64,000 nucleotides of DNA from Octopus vulgaris (lineage: Eukaryota): NCBI GenBank assembly GCA_951406725.2, contig OX597819.1, positions 52,886,001-52,950,000 of the forward strand. Direction: 5' to 3'. Position numbers and translations under genes: made by a program. Shown here piece after piece: positions 26,547 to 38,452 of this stretch. The first letter of the stretch is position 1, and each line of letters begins with the position of its first letter. Under the pieces are notes generated by a model. The model saw only the letters and a list, made by a program, of their open reading frames with translations. It was not told the DNA's origin and did not search any database.

Positions 26547-27071
26547 AGATAACAAGAAAGCCTGTATATAGTCAGTCGATCTACTTGAAAAGCATGACTC
26601 CTCTCAGTGAATGCTCAGAGAAGTCATGATTTTTGACAAGAATATTTAAACCAGACAAAATTTTTGAAAAACGTTTTTGTTAAGGATTAAAATATGAACA
26701 GCAAACTGTTATCAGTGAGAAGAAAACATGACGGATGATGCACCAAAGCCCAATATAATTTTATCATGTAAATCCTTACTTTCTTCAATAACTTTCAGGA
26801 AAATTTAACAATGGAATACTTTAAGAAAATATAAATAGGTAGCAGAGGCACCCAGCATTGCCAGGGAATGAAACTGTTCCCCATATATATATTGGAAGCA
26901 AAATATATTGTACAGAAATTTATTATTCTAAATTCAGTTTATTCTTCAATTGGGAGATCAATGTTGAATTCATAATACAAAATAAACAACAACAACAAAA
27001 AAACAAACAAAAATACAAAATTTACCACTTTTATGAAGGGAGATAAATTCTATCACATATGTTGAAGGAAA

Positions 27072-27795
27072 TTACATAAGAGTTTCTTGGTAAACAACAT
27101 TCTTTGTTTTCTGGTTTGGAGTAGAGACAAATAAGTTTTGCAAACTACCAACCCTGAAGCAACCATCATAAAGGCTCAATTAAGTGCAGGCCAGTAGATT
27201 TCAAAGTCTGACCTTGAGCTTTGTTAATAGACATTGTGAAGCAAAGTTGCACTGGGAATTGTGTTCATTTGAACTCAGATGGCATGTCTGTTGGTTTGAT
27301 TGGAATTCTTGGAATGAAAACCTCTTCCCCTGCAGCACATCCAGTGATGATGGCAGCTTCTATCACATTAGGTGATTATGTCATCACAATCAACCTTTTG
27401 CCATTGCATAATTTAGGAGGATCTAAATTTCTTAGAAGCATTATTAAGACTCCTACCTTCAGAAAAATTTTATGTGGAGGATTTCCAGGTGGCTGAAGAG
27501 AATTAAGGAATTCTGTTGGATAATGGACAACTTGATTTTCACCAAGGACTGATTTGCACTTCTTAATGACTGTTGGAATCTTATTTATTAATTCATGATT
27601 AATCTTTGCTTCTGTCTCATTTTTTGGAGCAAGAATTACCCTTACACACAATCATTTATGTGAATTATAATTATTACTTAAGTCTGGAAATACCCTGTTC
27701 TTCAGTTCAGCTTGGGAATTCACCATGATAGCAATATGAGACATATTGATATCACTGTTCCCATCAAATGGTATTTTCCCCATTTCCTAGATTTA
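27072..27795 (-). pseudogene. Helitron Pif1-family helicase, C-terminal part, with stops and frameshifts
   Basis: The translation gives ILAPKNE, YPTEFLNSLQPPGNPPHKIFLKVGVLIMLLRNLDPPKLCNGKRL and VFIPRIP..PTDMPSEFK*TQFPVQLCFTMSINKAQGQTL, and ends KTKNVVYQETLM*. These are hallmark Helitron helicase motifs. Confidence 0.95.
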
Positions 27796-28400
27796 TTGTT
27801 GCCTCTCATGTCCTTCTCTTATAATATTGCTACCAAAGGAGGTCATGTGGAAAGCAGAATTATAATTCCTCATGTTTTTCAAGAAGTGCAGGCTCCTTGG
27901 TGTGTTTCCCAAAAGCAAGACCTTCAAAATATCTATGGGCATACCAAATGTCAGTAAAACAACTGTTGCTCTACCACAACACATAGTGGTGGTTTCTCTT
28001 TCCCATTTCTTTACTTTTAAATAAACTGCACTCTTTTGACATTGCTCCAATATCAATCAATTTCTCTGCAGAATAATCATGGAAAAGATCATCTTTCAAC
28101 CATGATCTTTTCCAAGTCCCCATAAAAGGTACAACTCTTTTGTCAAACATATTCAGCCTATCTTGATCAACATGCTTACATCTTTCCTCCAAGGATTGAA
28201 ATCTTGCAGCGACTGCTTGCTCTTGGTTTTTTTTTTCTTTGTCTCATCTGTTGCTGACCTATTGTCTCATTGGCAAGTCTGGCAACTTGTCTTTGTCTTA
28301 ATCCTTTAAACATTTTTCTCTTTTCCTTTTTGGCTCTTGGCGCCTGCAGATTGCACTTTGTTGATGTAATTGTTCTAACCATTTTTCCTTTGACTCTTGT
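27796..28400 (-). pseudogene. Helitron RepHel N-terminal region (Zn-finger-like segment and NYNSAF motif), disrupted
   Basis: DIGAMSKEC..., KKWERET..MCCG and HFLKNMRNYNSAFHMTSFG match the Helitron N-terminal consensus (F..NIR.YNSAF.MTSFG). Confidence 0.85.
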
Positions 28401-30211
28401 AACTATTTTGGCCCTGCATGTAGCAGCTCTTATTCAGTCGTTTTCATATCTTTGCTGTCGTTGTGCAGGGTCTCTATTGACCTTACACTGGCTACCTGTA
28501 CTCACCTTTGCTTCACAGTAAAATACTGATCATCTAAATCTACCCCCATCTCTTCTTGGAGAGAGTAAGAACATTTTTCTCAGAAACTTTTTTGTAAATG
28601 AAAATGGGGATTAAATAAAAAAAAAACGGATGAGTGAAAGTTATATGAATATCTTCACAAGAATGATTGAAATAAATGCCAATTGTAGAACGCCGCATGC
28701 ACGCACACACACACATACATACAGGATCAAACATCAGCATCCCCCTCTCATTGTGCTGGCTTTCTTTCACCTTCACCTATAGAACATATACACAGTATGA
28801 AACATCAGCGTCTCTCTGTCTCCCGCTATCCCTCTCTCTTTGAACTTCTATAGACACTTGTTTTCTCTCTCTCTTTTTCTTTCTCTCTTCTCTTTCTCAT
28901 TCTCTGTTTCTCTTGCTCACACATATTCTTTTTCATCCTCTGTAATAGTTCCTCTCTCTTAGTCTATATTTTCTTTCACTCAGTCTCTCTCTCTCTAACT
29001 CACTCACACTTACGCTATTTACATTTCTCCCTCTACAGAAAAACATTGAGACAAATGAGGAGATGAAGAGGAGAAGTAAAGAGCCACTTCCTCACTTTAC
29101 TTCTGTTTCTTTCTCTCCCCTCTCACTCCCTCATTGACATTATGCACAGACATACAAATACACAGGTATCTGCTAATATATAGATACAGATGTAAAGTTG
29201 TCGTTGTGGTATAAAACGTTGTTTACAATAGCTGACTTATAGAAAGATTATAATGTTAAATTTTTGTAATGCAAATAAGTAAATGAAAATAAAGTTTATT
29301 TGGTAGCCAAAAGATTACTGAATATTTTAATACCCCATATATTAAAATCAGCAACTAAGTTTTCAAATGCATGAGGAACATACGCATAGACACACATAAA
29401 CTCTGTTTTATATATACAGATAAACAAGTGTACAAAAGTAGCACCTGTTTTATTTTCTGCTTTTTGCTTCTTTGCAAATCTCTGTTGTGTGGTTTTGTGA
29501 AAGCAAGTGTTGCAATAGAAATGGTCAGAAACCATTGGTATACAACATATGTAAGTACATAATCATCTCTGAAAGTAGCACAGGGCTAGCCATGATATCT
29601 AAGAGAGTGAAAGAAATGGATGAGTTATCGTCAAATGAAAAGTAAAGAGTGGGGAAAATCAACTGTTTTTCTTTCTTTTTTTTTGGCCTTACCCCCATCA
29701 TCTACTGGTCTCTTACACAACCCTAACTACAACTTATTTTACTGTATCTTTCATTAGTGAGCAGGTGGGATACTGCCACCACTCATCTGCTATGTCAAAT
29801 GTTTTTCTTCGTTTGCTTTCAAAGAACAAACTGTTACAACAATATCATACTTCAAATTAAGAAAGGGTTAAAGATTTATATCTTTTCTATCATCAGTACT
29901 ATATTGGTTCAATGGTTGTGGTGCACTACTGTAGTTGGCTTGGTGTAATTAATGTATATTTTATTATATTACCCTGAAATGCAAACAAAGTTCTGTTAGG
30001 GGCCTAGAGGCAACAAGAGAAAGTTATCTGAACACAGCCTAAGGTACAACAGAAACCCCAGTAGTTATGATTAGCTCTGCCTTTAGGACTGATCCATGAT
30101 CATCCCAACACACTGCACACACATTTAAATTTCAAGTATAAGTATCTATCACTATCTTAATACCTTAATTAGCTAACAACTAAGAGTATTAGTAATATAA
30201 GAATTTACAAA

Positions 30212-30395
30212 TTAGGCACAAGACCCCAAATTTGGGGGAACAAGTTTACCACCAATATAACTGATGCCCAGGACTTGATTTGTACTTATTTTATCCACCC
30301 TGAAAGAACAAAAGTCCAAGTCCACCCCATTAAAATTTGAACTCAAAGTGCAAAGTGACATAACAAAATGTGTGACACTCCCAATTCTGCCACCA
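30212..30395 (-). mobile_element. Diverged SINE family B
   Basis: TAGGCACAAGACCCCAAATTTGGGGG...GTACTTATTTTATCCACCC...AATTTGAACTCA. Confidence 0.7.
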
Positions 30396-32115
30396 ACTGC
30401 CCATAGTGTAAGCAATATGGCAGAAATGGCTTCTACGAAAAAGGAAATGTGTATCACATAGACTAAGTTCATCAAGAGCTTATAGGGCACACTACAATGG
30501 TATATTTCCTGTTGTAATTATGCCATGGAGGAAAGTAATGAAATTGATCATGGATAGAGTAGACAGATTCTAAAACAGGCATCAATGAAAGAGATATCCT
30601 TTCAAATCGACTCCTATATTTGTGGCTAATTATTTTATTTTGCCTGCATATGACCCAGAATTAAAAGCCTATCCCCATTTGAAACCAATTAGTCAATAGG
30701 CATTAACCCCGTTCTCACATCACGTATATTTATTAGTATTAAATTCACAAGTTACTCTTTCTCTCTCACAGACACATACATACACACATACGGAGAAAGT
30801 GCAGTAATGAAAGAGATCTCTAAAAGTAATTACTAACACAAGACTAATAGAAATATAATCGCAGAATAATACTGTAATGGATTTACCATTTAGCCAAGAT
30901 TGGCAGTTAATTACTCAACAGGCAAGTGGAAGAATGAAAGTTATGTTTATGTCTAATTAAAATTAAGGAGAAGTATTAGGCAGATAACAATAAAACTATC
31001 AAATTCCAACTGACTGTTTCTGTCTATCAAGAAACCAACATAAGAAAATGACATTTTTATCCCGAGACAATGTTACAAGTTATTAAGGCGGCACAGAAAA
31101 TCTGATATGAAGGGAGACAACCAAACTACTAATTGTCTAAGCTATCCAATTGACCTGCTTCCGATGGTGATAATCTTAGACACAAAACTGTATTGTATTC
31201 AGAACTGTCAGCTAAAAGCAATTATGTAAGGAATACATAAGTAATTTTGTTGGCAACAGGTACATGGATAGAACTAGTTTGCTTCAGCTTTTTGACAACA
31301 CTGCAGCGTAGAAATTAATGAATAAACAGGTGATGATGAACAGACAAGAATGTACACAGACTAGCACTTTCTAATTTCCTTTATTTTTGTTGGTTACTGT
31401 AGTAGTTGTTGGTGGTAATGGGGTTAGTGGTGCTGTTGTTCTTTTAAAAGAAACATTTGACAACATGTTAATAACAATGTAATAATGGTAGCTACATTTA
31501 TTTTATAGTTTTTAACAAAAAAATCTTTTTTTTTTCCCTCTTTGATTTGCTTATCACACACCTTCGCCTTCCATCGCCACTCCTCCTCTTCCTCCTCTGA
31601 CCTCACCCTCTCCACATCGGAGGAGTTCTGTTTTCCTTTGAGGTGACAGAGTCAACAGTGTCGAAACAACTCTAGCTACATCATAAACGTGAACAGTATC
31701 CATTCACTCTAAAAATGTTTGCTTACATTGAACAAGATGATGGCAGTAAAGTGTTTTAAAAGTTAAGAGTATGTTGATTTCCGTTGTAATTCAGCCTCAT
31801 CCACATCTAGCTGTACACCAAACTCACCCGAATCAATACAACTAAAATATCCAGAAATTGAAAACAAACATGTCATCAAAGTATTGTCATCTCAAAAACA
31901 GATTTTCAGGGAAATGGGAACAAATGTCACTGCTTTGTTTATTAACCTTTAGCAACGACAATGTGCAGGGATCTATTGTCATTGTTGTTGCTGGCGGTGG
32001 TGGTGGTGATTAGCCTCAAGTTTGTTTTAGTCAAGCAGACCTATAAGTAAGGGCCATTGTGGCTGTGATCATTCCATCTGTTTGAAAAGTTATGTCCTCC
32101 CATATCTTTTTAAAC

Positions 32116-32420
32116 ATCATCATCATCATCATCGTTTAACGTCTGCTTTCCATGCTAGCATGGATTGGACGATTTGACTGGTGTTTACCTGGCAAATCAG
32201 ATGGCTGCACCAGGCTTCAATCTTGATCTGGCAGAGTTTCTACAGCCGGATGCCCTTCCTAACGCCAACCACTCTGAGAGTGTAATGGGTGCTTTTACGT
32301 GCCACCGGCATTAGGGCCAGTCAGGTGGTACTGGCAATGGCCATGCTCAAATGGTGTTTTTTACATGCCACCTGCACAGGAACCAGTCCAGCGACACTGG
32401 TAACAACCTCGCTCAAAAGT
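32116..32420 (-). mobile_element. RTE-LINE tail (family D) nested in a family G repeat
   Basis: It has (CAT)n plus CGTTTAACGTCTGCTTTCCATGCTAGCATGG...GGATGCCCTTCCTAACGCCAACCAC. Family G sequence resumes on both sides. Confidence 0.88.
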
Positions 32421-33024
32421 TTTTTCAGAGAATAATTCAAGAGAATTTTTAGCTGTCATTTCTAGTTGATTGTTGTGTCACACTGACGGTAGTCTGTCCA
32501 TAGTCTGAGAAAGACAGTTCTACAATTTCTTGCTCAACAACCTGCACATATGGTTTGTTTACAATGATCAAATGTTTGTGCTATATATTAGCTCGATCCC
32601 TCCATCAAACTGACATTGCCTGAACAAGTGTTGTGTACCACATGTCAGGTGTCAATGTAATCACAGAGCAACAAGAGATGAAGTGTACTCAAGAGCACAA
32701 CACACCTCATGCTAGGATCTTGCAATTATGAAAGCAATATCTGAACTACAAGGCAATACACCCTCACATTGTATTACATTGATCCAGGTCTTACTGAACA
32801 GACCTATGACATGTAGATAGCTCAAGAGACTAGGAGTGATCTTCAGATCTATTCTGCCAGGTGTACCCTCAATGGAGAACAACACTAGTCATCCTGTTTT
32901 AAATGGCTAATCAACATACCAGCCTGGGCCAGTCCATCTTTTTCTCTCCAGACAGTTTATCTAGGAGTAGATTATCCTTTTTTCAAAGATAATAGGGTGT
33001 AATTTGAGTAAAATTTACCTTCTA

Positions 33025-33400
33025 CCTTTTACCTGTTTCAGTCATTTGACTGTGGCCATGCTGGGGCACTACCTTCAAGAACTTTTAATTGAATGAATCA
33101 ATCCCTGTACATATTTTTTTCTTTTTATAAGCCTGGTACCTGTTCTGTCAGTCTCTTATGCCAAACCACTAAGTTACAGAGACATAAACATACTAACACT
33201 AGTTGTCAAGTGATAGACTAACACACACACATACACACACTTATAAGATAGGCTTCTTTCAGTTTCCGTCAACAAATCCACTCACAAGGCTTTGGTTGGC
33301 CCGAAACTATAGTCGAAGACAGTTACCCAAAGTGCCATGCAGTGGGACTGAACCTAGAGTCATGTGGTTGAGAAACAAACTGTTTTACTACACAGCCACA
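33025..33400 (-). mobile_element. SINE family A, near full length, nested in a family G repeat
   Basis: This is the reverse complement of 8508-8874 (GTTTCAGTCATTTGACTGTGGCCATGCTGG...AAATCCACTCACAAGGCTTTGG...GCAGTGGGACTGAACC). Confidence 0.9.
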
Positions 33401-34061
33401 TCTGGTGACTATTTCTAGCAGGACCAGTATTCACACAAAATTTCCTTTCTCACTTTATCAATACTTGCTTTTATACTAAAAGTTAGTCTACATCAGAGAA
33501 TACCTCCATTTAGTCCTCACTTTGGTCAAATGATGCAGAATACTGCTTGGAATATACATAGAGAATTTTTTTTCTGTAAAGATTCATTTGCTAATATCCA
33601 TCAATGTATCATTATCATCATAATCCTAAAGTCCACTTTTCCGTACTTACTTGGATCAGACAATGTATGTGTTTACACAAACACATTCCTCATATTGCCA
33701 ATATTTTGTGATGCTTTCCCTACTCAACATTTTCTTTTTTTATTTTAACATATTAATTTGATGAAGCTAGCCTAGGTATGATAAAAACACATATTACTAT
33801 ACAAATTATTGCTGCATGTGTGTATTGACAAGCTGGGTATCTTTCCTAATGCTAACCACTCAGCTGTGAACAAGCAAAGCCAATTAATGAGCCTACTACC
33901 TTTGTTGTAAAAAACAATAATGACTGCATCAAATTTTTAATGATTTCAGCACTAATGATTTTGACATAGTTTAATGAGAGAGACATGTAGCCACATTTTA
34001 TAACATATATTCTTGCTAAAAATCAAACTTCATGTAAAAAAAACCAGGTTGCCTACACTAA

Positions 34062-34275
34062 CCCTTTAGAATTCTCTGTCAAATGTGACAATTATCGTTT
34101 TCCCATTGATATGAATTAGACATGCATTACCTTGTACCTTTGAGATTTCAATGACATAACTGGGTTTTTTTAGAATAATATTATAGGTTAAGTGTGAGAG
34201 GTCGTATCTGGTCAGTTTGAAGATAATACAGGAAGACTATCTTGGCCAAATATGGCCAGTTTAAATGATAATGGG
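34062..34275. mobile_element. TTAA-type (piggyBac-like) MITE, second family
   Basis: (C)TAA|CCCTTTAG...GATAATGGG|TTAA gives degenerate CCC/GGG termini around ~214 bp. Confidence 0.55.
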
Positions 34276-34394
34276 TTAAACTTTATTTCTTTTTGAGGTT
34301 TATTTTGCTTTTTATCCTCCAAGAAAGTAAATACCAGTCAAGTTCTGTCACAAAGACTGTGGTCAAAGCCAAATTTTGAAATAATAATAAAAGC

Positions 34395-34866
34395 AATGGT
34401 TTCAAATTTTGGCACCTGGCCAGGAATTTCATATGAGGTGGGTAAGCCAATTATATCAATGCTAGTGCTCAGCTGATATTTATTTTATCAACCCTGAAAG
34501 GCAAAATTGTCCATGGCAGAATTTGAACTCAGAACATGAAGTTGGAAAAAATGCCACAAAACATTTTGTCTGGTACAGTAACAATTCTGCCAGTTCACCA
34601 CCTTCTTGGTGATGTTGTTGATAATGATGATGATAATGATGATGAGGAGGAGGAGGGTTTCAAATTTTGGTACAAAGCCAGCATTTACAGGGGAGAGGCT
34701 AAGTTGATTGAATTGACCCCAATACTTAACTAGTACTTCTTTTATTGACATCAAAAAGACGAAAGGCAAATTCGACCCTGACAGTGTTTAATCTCAGAAC
34801 ATGAAAACCAACAAAATACTGCTAAGCATGTTGCTCTGCATGCTAACAATTCAGCCAGCTCACCAC
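34395..34866 (-). mobile_element. Two adjacent diverged SINE family B copies (34395-34605 and 34655-34866)
   Basis: Both begin GGTTTCAAATTTTGG and contain GAAAGGCAAA and CTCAGAACATGAA, separated by a (GAT)n run. Confidence 0.8.
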
Positions 34867-34896
34867 CTGTATAATAATAATAATAATAATAGTAAT

Positions 34897-35478
34897 AACA
34901 AGAGCACTCAGAGAGCGCAAACCTCTGCCAAGGCAGCATCAACGTTCTCTCAACGATTAGCCAGAGATGATTTATAAAATGAGATTTTCTGAAATAAACT
35001 TGACTGCTCACACAAATAAGAATACTAAAAATGAATCTGACCGCTCTCAAAAATTAAGTAAAAAAAACCCCAGAAAAATAATCTGGAATCTTTGTCCAGT
35101 ACCTTATCAATCCCAATGGTAGTCATGGAAAGTGAAGGTGACTGTAAAAAATTTAATAACAGTAATAGACAGTTTATCTTTATCTAATACAAGCCAAAGT
35201 TAATAAATTCACCATTCAAAATAGTTACAGCCTAAAGGGCGATAATTGAGAAAGACTTGAAAGTTAATGTAAGATCGTAATCATGTAAAGTAAAGTAAAT
35301 AAAGAAAAAAATAATCCAGAATCCTTGTTCAGTACCGTAACGATCCCAAAATCTAATCAGTTTGTGCCAGTCACGAGGCCTAACATCCCTGAAAGTTTCA
35401 TCCAAATCCATCCAGCGGTTCTTGAGATATCAAACATGACTGAAAACAATACCTCCACCTTCGCTAAGGCAGAGGTAA
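34897..35478 (-). mobile_element. DINE-1/HINE-like non-autonomous Helentron with a ~190-bp internal insertion
   Basis: One end has the palindrome TACCTCCACCTT-CGCT-AAGGCAGAGGTA. The other has the subterminal repeat ACCTCTGCCAAGGC and stem-loop GCACTC-AGA-GAGCGC. It sits in (AAT)n and is homologous to 57464-57833. Confidence 0.75.
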
Positions 35479-35786
35479 TAATAATAATAATAATAATAAT
35501 GATAATAATAATAATAATAATAACAGAGGCTATTGCAAGTGACACAGATTTCATCTAGGTGGGAAGATGTAGGGTGATGGGTGCAACTGAATGTTCGGAC
35601 TGAGGTTTGAGTACAGCTACCACTTGTAAAAGAACAGCGGTAGAAGAGACAAACAGTGGAGAAAGACTGAAGTTTAGCAACTGTTTGCCAAGAAAATTAG
35701 TTGAAATGGTTGCCATCTTGTGCAGCAGCAATACAAAATAAACTATTTCCTTTATATGTATTCTTCTTCATAGCATATAACAAACA

Positions 35787-36200
35787 GTGTGGTTAAGAAG
35801 CTTGTTTTCTAACCATGTGGCCTCGGGTTCAGTCCCACTGCATGGTACATTGAGCTTCTACTGTAGCCCTGAGCTAACTAAAGCCTTGTGAGCAGATTTG
35901 GTAGATCAAAACTAAAAAGAAGAATGTCATATATATATACACACACATTCACATACGTATATATCCTTGGCTATCATGTGATGGTTGTAACTGAACATCA
36001 TAGTCACACAAAAGAAGTTGTTCATTTCCAGTCTTTCATGAAAAAAAACTTGCTTAGCTATGGGAAAATATCACCTTCTTTAGAAACAGGAGAGGGTTGA
36101 CACTAGGAAGGGTATCTGGTTGTAGAAAATCTGCCTCGGCAAATTCTGTCCAACCCATGCAAGCATGGCACAGTAAGTAGACGCTAAATGATGATGAAAT
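35787..36200 (+). mobile_element. SINE family C, near full length
   Basis: It has an A-type head GGGTTCAGTCCCACTGCATGG. The tail AGGAAGGGTATCTGGTTGTAGAAAATCTGCC...GTCCAACCCATGCAAGCATGG...GACGCTAAATGATGATGA is shared with the RTE tail. Confidence 0.85.
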
Positions 36201-37080
36201 GATTTCCATTGTGTGCAGCATTAATACCAAATATAGCACTTTCTTTGTATATTCTTCTTCATAGTACTCTACAGCAAACTTTCACAGAGATAAATCAAAA
36301 TCTTTCATGACATTCCTTAACAAATGAATGTTGTGAATCATCTAATTTATCACACATTGTTTCCATATTGGGGATTTATTTATTGATTGATGCCTCATCT
36401 TCAGTAGGTTTTCAAGAGAAGCTACCTGAACTGTAAAATTAACCATGCTCTGACAGTCGCGCATATATTGGGGGGAAGGTCTTCCCTTGTCTATCTCCAG
36501 TGAATGAGGAAAATGAATGTCAAACGGAAACAAATAAACAATAAATGCTACAGACTATAGTTTCATTAAATGAACATTCTTTATAGCTGTAAATGTAAAG
36601 CTACATGTAAAGGAGATAATAGGAATAATGAAAAATATTCAATAACAAAACTGTTTAGAAATATATAAGTGCACACACAGACACACATTTGTGCTTAACT
36701 ATCTAGACATATCTAATGTATATGCATACATAATTTTATACATACACACAAACAGCTAGATGTATACACATATATACATACACACACACAAATATACATA
36801 TACATATGCATGCACTGAGAAATAAACAGACAGATAAGCATATATAGCATGATTTAATGTTCTCTTTTCTATGCTGGCATGGTTGGATGGAGATGTGTGT
36901 GAGGTTTCAACAGCAGGTTGCATTCTTGGAACTAACCAATGAGAAAGAGTAACTGCAGTAGTCTTTCAGGACTTCAGTACTCATGGTATTATGCAGTATA
37001 TTAACTGTATTTCAGAGTAACCAGTATCCTAGATAGGTTGCTTTTGTATCAGCTTGAAAAACCTTTTGGTGATGGTGATC

Positions 37081-37503
37081 AGGGAGTATCTGAAAGTTCA
37101 TGCCAATTTTTAAAAGAAAGAAAAGGTTAATAAATACTTGTCATTACATTTTTAATCAACCAAATATGAACCATTTTGTTGCATAATGCGTCTCCTTTCC
37201 TTTCTAGAATTGAGGTGGTTTCATGGCAAAGAATTCATCACGGTATCTTTTTACGTTATCCAAGGAATTGAAATTTTTACCATTAAGACTATTCCTTGGA
37301 TGACATAAAAAGATACCTTGATGAATTCTTTGCCATGAAACCACCTCAATTCTAGAAAGAGGGTATTTTCAAGTTAAAGGATAGAAGGAGACGCATTGTG
37401 CAACAAAATGGTTCATATTTGGTTGATTAAAAATGTAATGGCAAGTATTTATTGACCTTTCTCTTTCCTTTAAAAATCGGCACAAACTTTCCAGACAACC
37501 CAA
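37081..37503. mobile_element. Palindromic mariner-derived element (two inverted transposon 3' ends)
   Basis: Arms 37081-37268 and 37291-37503 are reverse complements around a 22-nt spacer. The right arm encodes SLDDIKRYLDEFFAMKPPQF*KEGIFKLKDRRRRIVQQNGSYLVD*, a mariner transposase C-terminus. It ends ...CCAGACAACCCAA|TA. Confidence 0.92.
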
Positions 37504-37819
37504 TAGAACTCTCATGATTTCTGGCCATAGGTTAAAGACCACAGAGGATGGACTCAGCTATGCTGGCCTTCCTTTGTCATTCTACATGTAGAAGAAGGCT
37601 ACTGCTGGCAATCCAACAATTCATTAAAGCATATTTATATGAGAGTGGACTTATGCATGCACAGAAATACATGCAGCATTTGATTTCTGCATACAAAGTA
37701 TTCCTAAAAGCTGGAATATTTGTGTGCACAGGCATATATATTCACACATACATACATACATGAACACACACATATTCTTACACTTACATTGAACATACTG
37801 CTGGTCTTTAGTGTCTTTT

Positions 37820-37823
<4 letters not shown>

Positions 37824-37875
<52 letters not shown>
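37824..37875. repeat. (CT)n microsatellite
   Basis: Read directly from the sequence. Confidence 0.98.
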
Positions 37876-37876
<1 letters not shown>

Positions 37877-38397
37877 TTCCTTTTCTGCTGCATTCCCTTC
37901 TTTCTCACATACACTAAAACCTTACTAATTAGCTTTGGTGAAGGAACAAACTCCACATCGTGACGTCCATATATAGCAATTACAGCATTAAGCAAGTTGA
38001 AAATGGTTAGCAAATTTTTTACTTAGGGAAAATTTCTCTTCCTATCTGACCACAAACAATAACACCAACAACAAAAGATCAGTTCTGTTTCAAGTGGGCA
38101 TGAAGGAAATATATAGGCTAAAAGCAAAAGCCGTTGGCTATTTCAAGTTTTAACATACAAGCTGCAAGCATTACCTTCAAACAGTAACAACAATGCTACT
38201 TAGTCACATTCAATATTTTACCTACTATGAAATTATCAGCAAAAGAGAAAGGAAATATACTGAAGCACTTTGGTGATAAGGAATCCATCTTGGAGAAAAA
38301 AAAAAAGCGATGAGAGTTCTTTTCTATTTCATAAATACTCCTCTCCACTTTCTAGGTTTGTGTGGAGCTTTAAAACCATACAAACAGCCAGTGTGTA

Positions 38398-38452
<55 letters not shown>

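Larger units (their letters stand above)
26839..29184 (-). mobile_element. Internally deleted, decayed Helitron
   Basis: RepHel remnants lie inside. The candidate 5' end is A|TCTATATAT at 29184. The candidate 3' end is the hairpin CCTGGC-AAT-GCTGGG followed by GCTAC (decayed CTAG) at 26839-26866. The termini are less certain than the coding remnants. Confidence 0.75.
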
